Positions 51,273-61,627 of a stretch of 64,000 nucleotides of DNA are shown in pieces (the first letter of the stretch is position 1; the number at the start of each line of letters is the position of its first letter). The position numbers and the translations under genes were made by a program. The notes under the pieces are model-generated. The model was not told where the DNA came from. It searched no databases and worked only from the letters and a program-made list of their open reading frames with translations. Origin of the DNA: Candidatus Tectimicrobiota bacterium (lineage in GTDB: Bacteria; JACPUC01); the NCBI GenBank assembly GCA_016192455.1, contig JACPUC010000011.1:1-64000 (forward strand). The letters run 5' to 3'.

Positions 51273-52299
51273 TGCAACCACCGACCGCGCGCCGGGCCGC
51301 GCCCCCGCCGCGCCGGCGAAGGGCGGCTCCGCGCCGTCGCTCGAACCCTCCCCGGCGCTCGACCTGGGCGTGCAGCTCGGCGGCCTGCGCCTGAAGAACC
51401 CGGTGCTGACGGCCTCGGGCACCTGCGGCTACGGCGAGGTCTACGGCGATCTCATCGACTACAACCGCCTCGGCGGCCTGATGTTGAAGGGGACCTACCT
51501 CGAACCGAAGCTGGGCAACCCGCCGCCGCGCATCGTCGAGACGCCCGCCGGCATGCTCAACTCGATTGGGCTGCAAGGGGTCGGCGTCGAGGCCTTCCTG
51601 CGGGACAAGCTGCCGGCGCTGCGCCGCCTCGACACGGCGATCATCCTCAACATCAACGGCTCCACGGTGGACGAGTTCGCCGAGCTGGCGGCGCGCCTGA
51701 ACGGCGTCGCGGGCCTGCACGCTCTCGAGGTGAACATCTCCTGCCCGAACGTGAAGGTGGGGGGCATGGAGTTCGGCGTTGATCCGCGCGCCGCCCGCGA
51801 GGTCACGGAGGCGGTTTGCCGCGCCTCGGAGCTGCCGGTGATCGTCAAGCTGACGCCGAACGTCACGGACATCACGGTGATCGCCCGCGCCGTGGAGGAC
51901 GGCGGCGCCGCGGCGCTGTCGGTCATCAACACCCTGCGCGCCATGAGCATCGACGTGCGCACCCGCCGCCCGAAGCTCGCCAGCATCACCGGCGGCCTCT
52001 CCGGCCCCGCCATCCGCCCGGTGGCGGTGCGCATGGTGTGGGAGACGGCGCGGGCGGTGCGCATCCCCATCATCGGCATGGGCGGCATCACCACCGCCGA
52101 GGACGCCCTCGAGTTCCTCATCGCCGGCGCCGGCGCCGTCGCCGTCGGCACTGCCAGCTTCCACAACCCCAGCGCCCCCCTCGCCGTGCTCGACGGCATC
52201 GAAGCCTACCTGCGCGAACAGGGGATGACGCGCCTGAGGGACATCGTGGGGAGCCTGGAGACTGCGTTGTACCGTTCAACCAAAATGGAGGAGAAGTGA
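51259..52299 (+). CDS. pyrD: Dihydroorotate dehydrogenase (family 1B)
   Basis: KNPVLTASGT, GMLNSIGL, NISCPNV, KLTPN, GGLSGPAI. Confidence 0.95.
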   Translation: MSQHDATTDRAPGRAPAAPAKGGSAPSLEPSPALDLGVQLGGLRLKNPVLTASGTCGYGEVYGDLIDYNRLGGLMLKGTYLEPKLGNPPPRIVETPAGMLNSIGLQGVGVEAFLRDKLPALRRLDTAIILNINGSTVDEFAELAARLNGVAGLHALEVNISCPNVKVGGMEFGVDPRAAREVTEAVCRASELPVIVKLTPNVTDITVIARAVEDGGAAALSVINTLRAMSIDVRTRRPKLASITGGLSGPAIRPVAVRMVWETARAVRIPIIGMGGITTAEDALEFLIAGAGAVAVGTASFHNPSAPLAVLDGIEAYLREQGMTRLRDIVGSLETALYRSTKMEEK

Positions 52300-52300
52300 A

Positions 52301-52438
52301 ATGGCAAAAGGCAAAACCGGAAAAATCGGGCGCGATGCAAAGAGCGGAAAGTCCATCCCCGTGAAGGAGCCAAAGCAGCGTCCCAAGACCACAGTGGTTG
52401 AGACCACCCCCCGCAAGTCCAAGAAAGCAGGAAAGTGA
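52301..52438 (+). CDS. Small basic protein (45 aa, GRDAKSG..PKTTVVET)
   Basis: GGAGGAG RBS; MAKGKTGKIGRDAKSGKSIPVKEPKQRPKTTVVETTPRKSKKAGK; A-rich relative to host. Confidence 0.7.
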   Translation: MAKGKTGKIGRDAKSGKSIPVKEPKQRPKTTVVETTPRKSKKAGK

Positions 52439-52446
52439 CGTGGAGT

Positions 52447-52751
52447 CGCCGGAAGCGCGCGGCAAGCCGGTGATCACCGGCGGCCTCTCCGGCCCCGCCA
52501 TCCGCCCGGTGGCGGTGCGCATGGGGTGGGAGACGGCGCGGGCCGTGCGCATCCCCATCATTGGCATGGGCGGCATCACCACCGCCGAGGACGCCCTCGA
52601 GTTCCTCATCGCCGGCGCCAGCGCCGTCCGCACCGCCAGCTTCCACAACCCCAACGCCCCCCTCGCCGTCCTCGAAGGCATCGGAGCCTACCTGCGCGAG
52701 CAGGGGATGAGCAGCTTGGCGCAACTCGTGGGCAGCCTGAAGATGGGGTAA
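52447..52751 (+). pseudogene. Chimeric duplicate: btuF-like 5' stub fused to pyrD 3' end
   Basis: 52447-52480 matches 53087-53120 (31/34); 52473-52738 matches pyrD 51985-52257 with a 6-nt deletion. Confidence 0.85.
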
Positions 52752-52766
52752 TGACGCGGGGCGACA

Positions 52767-52955
52767 AGCGTTATGTCTTAAGAGTTCGCAGCACATTTGA
52801 TGCGTTACAAGCTTTATTTCATGTGGGGGACCCATGCTCCCCCACACCCCCTATTCCGTAGGGGCGGTTCGCGAACCGCCCCTACCAGCCGGGGTGCGCG
52901 AGGGGGCGCGGCTCCCTCGCACAGTTTCGTCAACGAACTTAAAAGAGATGACACT
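52767..52955 (+). mobile_element. Family A MITE-like element (REP variant, divergent ends)
   Basis: Same internal modules as the 29039 copy; imperfect TIRs ..AGAGTTCG / CGAACTT..GATGACACT. Confidence 0.6.
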
Positions 52956-52989
52956 CAACCCCTCAGCATACCCCCTTCGGGAGACCCCC

Positions 52990-53913
52990 ATGACCATCTG
53001 CTCGCTCCTTCCCAGCAGCACGGAGATTCTCTTCGCGCTTGGGCTGGGGGATGACGTGGTGGCGGTGACGCATGAGTGCGACTATCCGCCGGCGGCGCGC
53101 GGCAGGCCGGTGATCACCGGAAGCGTGCTGGACCGCAAGGACCTGCCGGGGGCGGAGATCGACGCGCGCAGCCGCGAGCAGCTCCACGGCGCCGGCAGCA
53201 TCTACCACCTCGACACGGCGCTGCTGCATCGGTTGGCGCCGGACCTCATCATCACCCAGGCGCTTTGCGAGGTCTGCGCCGTGGCTTATCCCCTGGTGGA
53301 GGAGGCGGCGCTCGGGCTGGAACGGCCGGCGCGGGTCCTTGCCCTGGAGCCGACGACGCTGGACGAGGTGTGGCGCAGCATCGAGGAGGTGGGCGAGGCG
53401 ACGGGGCGGCTGGCGGCGGCGCGCGCCTGCGCCGAGCTGTTGCGGCGGCGTGTCGCCAGGGTGGCCGAACGCGCCGCGAGCGCCCCCTCGCGCCCCCGCG
53501 TCCTCTGCCTGGAGTGGATCGACCCGCCGTTCGGCCCCGGCCAGTGGCTGCCGGAGATGGTGGAACTGGCGGGTGGCAGCGGCGGCCTGGGTGAGGTGGG
53601 CAAACCCTCGCGGCGGCTCGCCTGGGCCGAGGTGGAGGTGTTTCGGCCGGACGTCATCGTCATCATGCCGTGCGGCTTCGGGCTGGAACGCGGGCGCCAG
53701 GAGCTGGCGAGGGCGTCGCTGCCGGAGTTCTGGCCCGCTCTCCCCGCGGTGCGCCAGGGGCGGCTGCACGTGGTGGACGGCAACGCCTACTTCAACCGGC
53801 CCGGCCCCCGCCTGGCGGAGAGCCTCGAGCTGCTCGCCCACCTCATCCATCCCGAGCTGTTTGCGGCGCCCACGGCGGCGCCGGAGGACGAGTACGTCAC
53901 CATCACCCCATAG
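52990..53913 (+). CDS. BtuF-like cobalamin/iron-siderophore-binding protein (no signal peptide)
   Basis: SLLPSSTEILFALG, VTHECDYP, PDLIITQ..C.VC, FNRPGPRL. Confidence 0.85.
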   Translation: MTICSLLPSSTEILFALGLGDDVVAVTHECDYPPAARGRPVITGSVLDRKDLPGAEIDARSREQLHGAGSIYHLDTALLHRLAPDLIITQALCEVCAVAYPLVEEAALGLERPARVLALEPTTLDEVWRSIEEVGEATGRLAAARACAELLRRRVARVAERAASAPSRPRVLCLEWIDPPFGPGQWLPEMVELAGGSGGLGEVGKPSRRLAWAEVEVFRPDVIVIMPCGFGLERGRQELARASLPEFWPALPAVRQGRLHVVDGNAYFNRPGPRLAESLELLAHLIHPELFAAPTAAPEDEYVTITP

Positions 53914-54745
53914 TCGAGCGTCCCGCAAGTTCGCCCCCCGCGTCCATGGGCGGCCAGCATGGAGGCGGGCCGTCACGCAGGCGCGCGCAGGTGCTCATTA
54001 TCGCGGGGATGGCCTATCCCCCTCTGCCGCTTACCTGTCCGTCGCGGCGGCCGCGGGCAAGGGCGACCATGCCGCCCGCGCGGAAGAAGACGCCGGGAGC
54101 GCTGCGGCGGTGACGATCCCTGGCCGTCCGTCCTCGGCTGCAAGGGGCTTCAAGGAGCGTGAAGACCCTTCCTCTGAAGGATGAAAGCGCTTGATTTTCT
54201 TGCAAATGGGACAAAATGGCCCTGTGGAATAAAAGGGACAAATCGTTCCCTCTACGAGACAGAGTTGCTGCGTGAATGGACGGCAATCCTTGGAGTTTGC
54301 GGCCCTCCGCGACCGGTTTCCAGGTGGTGGTTGTAGCAGAGGGGAGTGTATCTTCTTTGTCCGCCACCCCGCGACGAGGCAGGGAGTCCCCGCAACTGCA
54401 ATCAGTCGGCGGGTGTCGATTGGGCGGCTCGGCCCGCCGCTCGTTCTGGAAAGGGGCGAACGCCATCCACACTGCCGCTGCTAGGGAGAGGCGGCATACA
54501 TTTTGCCTGATTGCAATCGGGATGCGTCGCCACGGACGTTGGTTGGTCGCAGAGGGTGCTTCGCGTCGTGGGCGGAGCGGGAAGGGGGTAGTCTGCCTCG
54601 TGTCTGTCTCGCGGTCTCAGGTAACGCGGCAAGGAGGTGCGCGCCTGCCGCGGCGAGACGGAGCACGAGACGACCGGTGTTGACGAGGCGCGGGGCGCGA
54701 CGCTTGCCTTTAGCTAGGGGGGGAGCCTGGTGCGAGGGAGGCTTG

Positions 54746-55441
54746 ATGTATTTGAAGTGTACCTCGTGTCGCATCCTCCACCACTGTCTGTGGGATTCGC
54801 TCAGCCGCACACTCCTCGAGGGCCTGCTTGAGCACAGCCTTGTCTCGACCTACGAGCCGAAGGAGTTCATCTTCCACGAGCGCGACGAGGCCTACGGGCT
54901 TTATGTCCTCTGTCAGGGCCTTGTGAAGCTCATCAAGTCAGCGCAGAACAACAAGCAGATGATCGTTGCGCTCGTCCATCCGGGGCAGCTCCTGGGGGTG
55001 ACGTTCGCCCTCAACGGCGGGCTTTTCCCGATGAGCGCCCAGGCGGTCGATCTCTCCACGGTGCTCTTCCTGCACCGGAAACACTTTGACGATCTCCTGC
55101 AGCGCGATCCGTCGCTCTCCCTTCTCCTGCTCTCTTACTCCAACGAGCAGCTTGGGCAGACCCTCAACACCCTGATCGATCTCGTGGCGCTGAATGTGGA
55201 GCAGCGCCTGGCCGGCGCCCTGCTGCAGTTCGCCGAGAGCGCGGCGAACCACACCAACAGCGGCCTCGTCTGCCGCTTGCCGCTGCGGCGCGCCGAGCTG
55301 GCCGACTACATCGGCACGACGCCCGAGACCACCATGCGGGTGCTCGGCAAGCTGAAGCGAGAGAATGTCATCAAGATCGAGCGGCGGATGATCACCTTCC
55401 TCGACATACAGCGCCTGCGGGAGCTGGCTCATTCCGCCTGA
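54746..55441 (+). CDS. Crp/Fnr-family transcriptional regulator
   Basis: N-terminal CTSCRILHHC; cNMP-like domain; HTH RAELADYIGTTPETTMR. Confidence 0.9.
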   Translation: MYLKCTSCRILHHCLWDSLSRTLLEGLLEHSLVSTYEPKEFIFHERDEAYGLYVLCQGLVKLIKSAQNNKQMIVALVHPGQLLGVTFALNGGLFPMSAQAVDLSTVLFLHRKHFDDLLQRDPSLSLLLLSYSNEQLGQTLNTLIDLVALNVEQRLAGALLQFAESAANHTNSGLVCRLPLRRAELADYIGTTPETTMRVLGKLKRENVIKIERRMITFLDIQRLRELAHSA

Positions 55442-55973
55442 CGCCGCCGCCGCCCTCCCGGCATGGCTGCCAAGTTCCGGTGCAACAAGCTTCCGGGCCG
55501 CACCCACGCGCCGCGCGCCGCGCCGACTGACCTGCCGGGAACTTTCCGAGAGCATTCTTCATCTCCTGCTCCTCTGGCGGCGCGAGGGCGCCTCGGTCGC
55601 GTGGGGTGCGTTGTTTCTGGAGGCGGGCGATCAAGGTCTCCCCAGATGAAGCCTGCCGCGGCTCAGCTACCCTCCCGCCGTGAGTCCGCCCTCCTCCATT
55701 CCCCTCCTGCCCATGCCGCAGTCGTGCGCCAGAGGCTGGCGCCTCGCCCCCTGCGCGTCTCCCGCAAGGACAGGCGCCCCCCTCCCTTCTCCACCGTGGC
55801 ATCTGCCGCTATACTTGGAAGCCGGGATTGGCTCATTGGTGCTGGAAGGCCAGCATTTCCAAGCTGGCGAAACGGCTGGCGGCGGGACGAGCCGGCGGCA
55901 GAGGAGCCGCGCCGCGCCGCCAAGGTGCGCTACCAACGCCGGGATACTGAGCGGCGCAGGGAAAGGGGCGATC

Positions 55974-57200
55974 GTGAGCTTCGGCGAGCGAGGCGCGGCG
56001 CCAGGCGAGGGGGCAATCCCACGCCCGGCGTCCGGCGCGAACCGGGACAAGGGGCGGATGTTCGCGCTGCTGCGGCAGGTGTTGCGGCGGCAAGTGGCGC
56101 CGCGCAGCGCGGAGATCGACCGGCTGGGGGAATTCCCGAGCGACCTGCGCAGGAGCTTCGCCGAGCTGGGCCTCTTTGCGTTGCTCGCGCCGCTCGAGCT
56201 GGGCGGCATGGGGGCCAGCCTGACGGAGTACTGCCAGGTCATCGAAACGATCTCCACCGTCGACGCTTCCCTGGGGCTCCTGGTGCAGAGTCACGGGACG
56301 GCGCTCAAAGCGCTGCTCCTCGGCAGCAGCGACGAGCAGCGCCCGTCCCTCTGCCGGCGCATCCTGGACGACGGGCTGTTGCTCGGCATTTGCGCCACCG
56401 AGCCGCATGCCGGCTCCGATTTCAACGCCATCAGCAGCCGCGCCGACCGCTGTGCCGGCGGCTATCGCCTGAACGGGCGCAAGCGTTTCGTCACCAACGG
56501 CGGCGTCGCCGATGCGTACGTCATCTTCGCCCGCACCGCCGAGCCCCGGCAGAGCAGTGGCAGTCATCGCGGCATCACCGCCTTCTGTGTGGAGGCTGGA
56601 ACCGCCGGGCTGAGCGTGGGGAAACCTGAGGAGAAGATGGGGATGCGGGGCTCCGCCACGAGCGACATCATCGTGGAGAACCTGGTGGCGCCCGATCACT
56701 GCCGCCTCGGGCAGGAGGGAGACGGCTTTCTGACCTTCATGCGCACCCTGGAGACCTCGCGCCCCGCCATTGCCGCGCAGTCGGTCGGCGTGGCGCAGGG
56801 CGCGTTGAACGCCGCCCTCGCGTATGCCGCGGAGCCCCGAAACGGCGGGTCGCCGCGGGGGGAGCAGCAGGCCGTCCAGTTTCTGCTGGCCGACATGGCA
56901 ACCCAGGTGGAGGTGGCCCGCGCCTTCCTCTACCAGACGACGCGGCGCCTCGACGCCGGCGAGTCGGACCGCGCCGCCTCGGCCATGGCGAAGCTCTTCG
57001 CCAGCGATGTGGCGGCCCGCGTCACCGCCGACGCCGTGCAGGTCTTCGGTGTTGCCGGCACCTCGGCGGAGCACCCCGTGGAGCGCATGCTGCGCGACGC
57101 CAAGGTGCTGCAAATCTACGAGGGCACGAACCAGATCCAGCGGCTCGTGATCGCCCGGCAGTTGCTCGAGCAGCAACGCGCCCAGGCGGGCGCGGAGTGA
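55974..57200 (+). CDS. Acyl-CoA dehydrogenase
   Basis: TEPHAGSD, GRKRFVTNG, KMGMRGS, RDAKVLQIYEGTNQIQR; start GTG 55974 or ATG 56058. Confidence 0.92.
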   Translation: MSFGERGAAPGEGAIPRPASGANRDKGRMFALLRQVLRRQVAPRSAEIDRLGEFPSDLRRSFAELGLFALLAPLELGGMGASLTEYCQVIETISTVDASLGLLVQSHGTALKALLLGSSDEQRPSLCRRILDDGLLLGICATEPHAGSDFNAISSRADRCAGGYRLNGRKRFVTNGGVADAYVIFARTAEPRQSSGSHRGITAFCVEAGTAGLSVGKPEEKMGMRGSATSDIIVENLVAPDHCRLGQEGDGFLTFMRTLETSRPAIAAQSVGVAQGALNAALAYAAEPRNGGSPRGEQQAVQFLLADMATQVEVARAFLYQTTRRLDAGESDRAASAMAKLFASDVAARVTADAVQVFGVAGTSAEHPVERMLRDAKVLQIYEGTNQIQRLVIARQLLEQQRAQAGAE

Positions 57201-57583
57201 GCGCAGGGGAGGGGCTTGCCCCGCCCAATGCCCGCAGCGGGATCAGGCGCGCGCGGAGCAAGGTGGCAGGAGCGGTTCGCGAAGGGATCGATGATCCCAA
57301 CCGCCCCTACGCCTGACCCCACACGTACGCGCAGGATCTAGCCTCGTAGGGGCAGGGCTTGCCCTGCCCGCCCGCACCTGACCTCATGCGCGCGGGATCG
57401 AGCCGGCGGGGGAAGGGCGGGACAAGATCATTGATCCTCGCCCGCCCCACCTCACCCCACGCACGCGGGATCGGGCCGGATGGGAAGGGCGGGGCAAGCC
57501 CCGCCCCTCCGGGATGCTCCGTGCGCCTCCGTCGTGCCCATCGCCGCCGCGCCGCCCTGTCCCCTCCTGAAGGAAGCACGCCG

Positions 57584-58075
57584 ATGAAGAAGCTGACGGT
57601 TCTCCTCTTTGTGGCGCCGGCGATCTTCGCCGCCTCGCTGGTGATCTACACCTTCGCCATTCGAGAGCCGCCGCCGGAGCCGGTGAGGACCACCGTCGGC
57701 CAGGTGCAGGCGGAGTTTGTGCGCGCCGTCGAAGGGGATGTCATCGAGGTGCGCATCACCGACTACGTCCGCCTCATCGGCGTGCGGGCTCCCAAGGGAG
57801 AGAAAGGGCGCGCCGACGCGGCCCGCCGGTTCGTCGAGGAGACCCTGCGGGGGCGCACCCTGGTGCTGCGCAGTGACCACCTCAGCCCCGCCAGGGACCA
57901 ATACCGCCTGCTGCTGGCGTACCTCGAGGCGCCGGCGGCGGACAACCGCCCCGCCCTGGACCTCAACGCCGAGCTCCTGCGCCGCGGCCTGGGCGAGGTG
58001 GACGCGGACTACGAGTTCACCCGGCGCGACGAGTTCCAGCGCCTGCGCGAGAAGGCCGTGCCGGCGTCGCGGTAG
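57584..58075 (+). CDS. Thermonuclease (SNase)-like membrane-anchored protein
   Basis: VEGDVI..VRLIGVRAPK..DQYRLLLAYL..NAELLRRGL; catalytic residues partly degenerate. Confidence 0.75.
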   Translation: MKKLTVLLFVAPAIFAASLVIYTFAIREPPPEPVRTTVGQVQAEFVRAVEGDVIEVRITDYVRLIGVRAPKGEKGRADAARRFVEETLRGRTLVLRSDHLSPARDQYRLLLAYLEAPAADNRPALDLNAELLRRGLGEVDADYEFTRRDEFQRLREKAVPASR

Positions 58076-58422
58076 CGCCGTATCCTGGAACATCCCCTGC
58101 AGTCCGTTGGTTTCTGCCTCTGGCGGAGCGGGCTTGGCGCGGGGGCCGGTCGAGATCGGCGCCGAACCATGGATGCCGCGCCGCCGGGACGAACGCCGGA
58201 GCAGCGCAAGGATCAGGGTCGCATCACCTCGGTTGGCAGGCGCGACCAGTTGCGCCCCGCGCCGTCGCCCCGCCAAGCTCGTTGACAAGAACCTGCGCTT
58301 TGTCTAGGGTAGGATGCCAGGGGGTACTACCCAGGGCGCTCCGGCATGGCCGCCAGGAGGCGGGTCGCGCGGTGATCGCAGCCGGCGGAGGGGTCGGTCG
58401 TTCCAACGCTCAGGAGGGTGAC

Positions 58423-59646
58423 ATGAAGCGTCATCGCGGCAGTCGTGGCTGGTGGGTCATGGCGCTGGCTCTCACGCTGGGTGTCGCCGGGATGCCGCCG
58501 GGAAGCGCGGCGGCGGCGGCGGAGCCGCTGAAGATCGGCCTTGCCCTGCCGCTCTCCGGCACCTTCGCCGATTCCGGCGGGCGCATGCGCAACGGCTTCG
58601 AGCTGGCGCGCGAGGAGATCAACGCCGCGGGCGGCATGGCGGGACGTCCCATCGAGTACGTCATCCGCGACACCGAAGGCAAGGTGAATGTAGCCGCCGC
58701 CGAGCTGCGCAAGATGGTGCTGGCCGACAAGGTCGGCGTCGTCATGGGATTCCAGAACAGCGGCGTGGTCTTGGGGAACGTCGATTACCTGATGGACCAA
58801 AAGGTGCTGACGATCGTCACCACGGCCGCATCCCCGGCGATCACCGCCAAGGTGCGGGAGAACAAAGCGAAGTACCTGTATCTCTTCCGCGTCGGCATGA
58901 ATGCGCATCAGGCCGCCAACCTCGTCAAGCCGGCGCTCAGCGGCGCCTTCTTCCCGGTGAAGCGGGTGTACTTCGTGGCCGAGGATACCGAATGGGGTCA
59001 TTCCCTGGTGGAAGGGATCATGAAGTTGGGGGTGATCAGCCAGCAGCAGGCGGCGGGCTCCAGCTTCGTGAGCATGCAGCAGAAAGATTTCACCGCAGTC
59101 ATCGAGGACATCAAAGCGAAAGACCCTGACCTGGTGGTGACCGCTCAGGTCGGCGGCGATTCCGTCCCCTTTGCGACGCAGTTCTACGACGCCAAGCTGC
59201 GCATGCCGCTGCAAGCTATCGCCGGCATCCTCACCCGCACCCCGATCGCGCAGAAGATGTCGCCGAAGTCCGACTTCATCATGTATGGTCAGGCGACGGC
59301 GGACATCCCGATCACGCCGAAGACCAAACCATGGTACAAGAAATACCAAGAGAAATTCGGCTCGCCGCCTGACGCCTACGTGGACGTGCGCAGCTACGAT
59401 GCCGTCTACATGTTGAAGCAGGCGGTGGACAGCGTGGGAGGGTTCGACCGGGCGAAGGTGGCGGCGGCGCTGGAGAAGGTTCGCTGGGAGGGCGCCGGCG
59501 GCGCCTATTACTTCGACGACTCCCACCAGGTCAACTGGCCGGCCACCGTCGTCATGCAGCACCAGAACAAGGGCCTGTCGCGGGTCATCATCTGGCCGAA
59601 AGAGCACGCCACCGGCCAGCTCCAGCGCGCCGCCTGGTGGAAGTAG
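58423..59646 (+). CDS. Branched-chain amino acid ABC substrate-binding protein (LivK-like)
   Basis: LKIGLALPLSG, EINAAGG..GRPIE; AGGAGG RBS. Confidence 0.9.
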   Translation: MKRHRGSRGWWVMALALTLGVAGMPPGSAAAAAEPLKIGLALPLSGTFADSGGRMRNGFELAREEINAAGGMAGRPIEYVIRDTEGKVNVAAAELRKMVLADKVGVVMGFQNSGVVLGNVDYLMDQKVLTIVTTAASPAITAKVRENKAKYLYLFRVGMNAHQAANLVKPALSGAFFPVKRVYFVAEDTEWGHSLVEGIMKLGVISQQQAAGSSFVSMQQKDFTAVIEDIKAKDPDLVVTAQVGGDSVPFATQFYDAKLRMPLQAIAGILTRTPIAQKMSPKSDFIMYGQATADIPITPKTKPWYKKYQEKFGSPPDAYVDVRSYDAVYMLKQAVDSVGGFDRAKVAAALEKVRWEGAGGAYYFDDSHQVNWPATVVMQHQNKGLSRVIIWPKEHATGQLQRAAWWK

Positions 59647-59988
59647 CGGCGCGCGTCGGCGGTTCCGGACGTCAAGGGTTCTTCCATGGGAAACTCAAGG
59701 GATGACACTAGAGGGCGGCTCAGATAGCCAAGAAAGAAGGAACTACTTGTAAGAAAGGGCCAAGGTCCGGACGTTCGGCAGCCTGGGCCGAAGACGTTAC
59801 GTTTCGAATCGCGGAGGAAAAGTTAACAGCGTAATGAAAACGTTGAATTCTACATAAGATTTCTGGCAATATTTCTTGGCCAGCTTGTGGGGGTGCCTAT
59901 AAAGTCAGTATACCAGATGCGATGAAAAGACCAGCTTTCAAGTTGTAAAACGCACGACTGCCCGAAACTAGTTTTTCAGCAGCCTGCT

Positions 59989-61617
59989 ATGGCTATAATC
60001 ATGATTCCACAGGAAATTGCAGAGAATCTGAAGGACACACGCGAGCAACAAACCGTTGTGGGTCCCCTCGTCGTTTACCTCATGAGAATTGGGTGGCGCC
60101 GGGATCAGATAGTTTTCGGTAGATCTGAGTGGCGCGTGCCAAAAAGTCCGTCGGAAGCGACAAGACGAGAAAAAGGGCAATCTTTTAACGGCTTTCCCGT
60201 TGACATTGCCATTTTTGACGACCCGTCGACGGTCGGAGACCCTCGCCACCTACTTTTCATAGTTGAGTGCAAGCCGGAAACCGAAACCGCCGGGGTCTCA
60301 CAGCTCGAATGGTACTTTGGCAGTGAGCCGCATGTGCAACTCGGTATCTGGGCAAATAACCCAACGGCCAGCGCCTCCGCGATCTTTCTCTACCGAGAAG
60401 CTGACGGTCGGCTCGTCCTGAAGCGCCGAAAAATAAATGATTTACCACGGCCAGACGTTGCGATACGTTTGGTGAGCGAGCGACTTACCTTCGGTGACCT
60501 AATCACGCCAACTGACATTATTCTGAAGAAAATGATGGAGGACCTGCTCGATAAAATTGCAATTAGCGATAGTAATGTCACACGACGAGAGGACCAACTT
60601 GACCAAGTTTGCAACCTCCTTCTCTTGAAGCTAGAAAGCGACAAAGAGGGAAAGTCCGACCCGTCAGCGCCTGTCTTCTTTCGGCCAATGGAGTCAGCGG
60701 CGAGGACGGCGACGGGCATTCGCGCGCGTTACAGAAACTTCGTCGACCTCTATCCTGAGGTTTTTGTCACGGAGCAAGACAAGACGCTGCGCTTCAGTGA
60801 CGGGACGCTCGCGTCCTGTGTGGAACAACTGTCCGGGCTGAAGCTGATCGACCTTGGCGTTTCGACCATCTCCCTCGCGTTTCAGGTCCTTCGGAGCGAG
60901 GCATTAAAGCAGGGTGAAGGCCAATATTTTACGCCACAAGCAGTTATTGAAGCCGGTGTTCGCCTTATGGAGATCGAGTTCCAGGACCTCATACTTGATC
61001 CCGCGTGCGGAACGGGTGGTTTCCTGGTCGAGGCCATGCTTGAGATGCAACGTACCCACCCCACGATGCCTCTCGACGAGCTTTCCCGTTGGGCACAGAC
61101 GCACGTTTTTGGGATCGACAAAGACGCAATCGGCGTAAAGCTGACCAAAGCCATTATGCAAATTGCTGGCGACGGTTCGGCGCATTGTGTTCGTGGTGAT
61201 TCAATCCGCACACACAATTGGTCGCGTGATTTTCCACACCTAGCACACGCGAACTTTAAGGACAATCGTTTCACGGTTATTACCACCAACCCACCCTTTG
61301 GGAAGAATCTGAGGATAGCTGCTCAGGATAGCCGTCTTGCGACGCTTGAACTCGCGAAGAAAGGGACCAATACGTACTCCGACTTAGAGATTGGCCTATT
61401 GTTTCTTGAACGCGCTTACCACTGGTTGAAGAAGGGCGGTCGGCTAGGGATCATTCTGCCAGAGACATATTTCTTTTCCCCGAACTATAGCTTTGTATTC
61501 GACTGGATTAAGACCCGTTTCAGACCGCTCATTGTGGTGAACATTCCCATGGAAGCCTTCCAAGGCTTTTGCCGGGCCAAAACAAATTTCTATATATTTG
61601 AGAAGATTGGCCAATGA
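59989..61617 (+). CDS. Fused restriction nuclease / N6-adenine methyltransferase (type IIB/IIG-like)
   Basis: PVDIAIF..IVECK (PD-ExK), GQYFTP, DPACGTGGFL, TNPPF; visibly lower GC than flanks. Confidence 0.85.
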   Translation: MAIIMIPQEIAENLKDTREQQTVVGPLVVYLMRIGWRRDQIVFGRSEWRVPKSPSEATRREKGQSFNGFPVDIAIFDDPSTVGDPRHLLFIVECKPETETAGVSQLEWYFGSEPHVQLGIWANNPTASASAIFLYREADGRLVLKRRKINDLPRPDVAIRLVSERLTFGDLITPTDIILKKMMEDLLDKIAISDSNVTRREDQLDQVCNLLLLKLESDKEGKSDPSAPVFFRPMESAARTATGIRARYRNFVDLYPEVFVTEQDKTLRFSDGTLASCVEQLSGLKLIDLGVSTISLAFQVLRSEALKQGEGQYFTPQAVIEAGVRLMEIEFQDLILDPACGTGGFLVEAMLEMQRTHPTMPLDELSRWAQTHVFGIDKDAIGVKLTKAIMQIAGDGSAHCVRGDSIRTHNWSRDFPHLAHANFKDNRFTVITTNPPFGKNLRIAAQDSRLATLELAKKGTNTYSDLEIGLLFLERAYHWLKKGGRLGIILPETYFFSPNYSFVFDWIKTRFRPLIVVNIPMEAFQGFCRAKTNFYIFEKIGQ

Positions 61618-61627
61618 TAGGCGCGCT

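Noticed and set aside
52398-52751. Second functional pyrD
   Set aside because: Only the C-terminal quarter, with a deletion and substitutions; a duplication remnant
54380-54410. Cobalamin riboswitch (CCCCGCAACTG resembles the core motif)
   Set aside because: Other conserved elements (AGGGAA..GGTG, B12 box) not found in order; it lies downstream of the btuF-like gene
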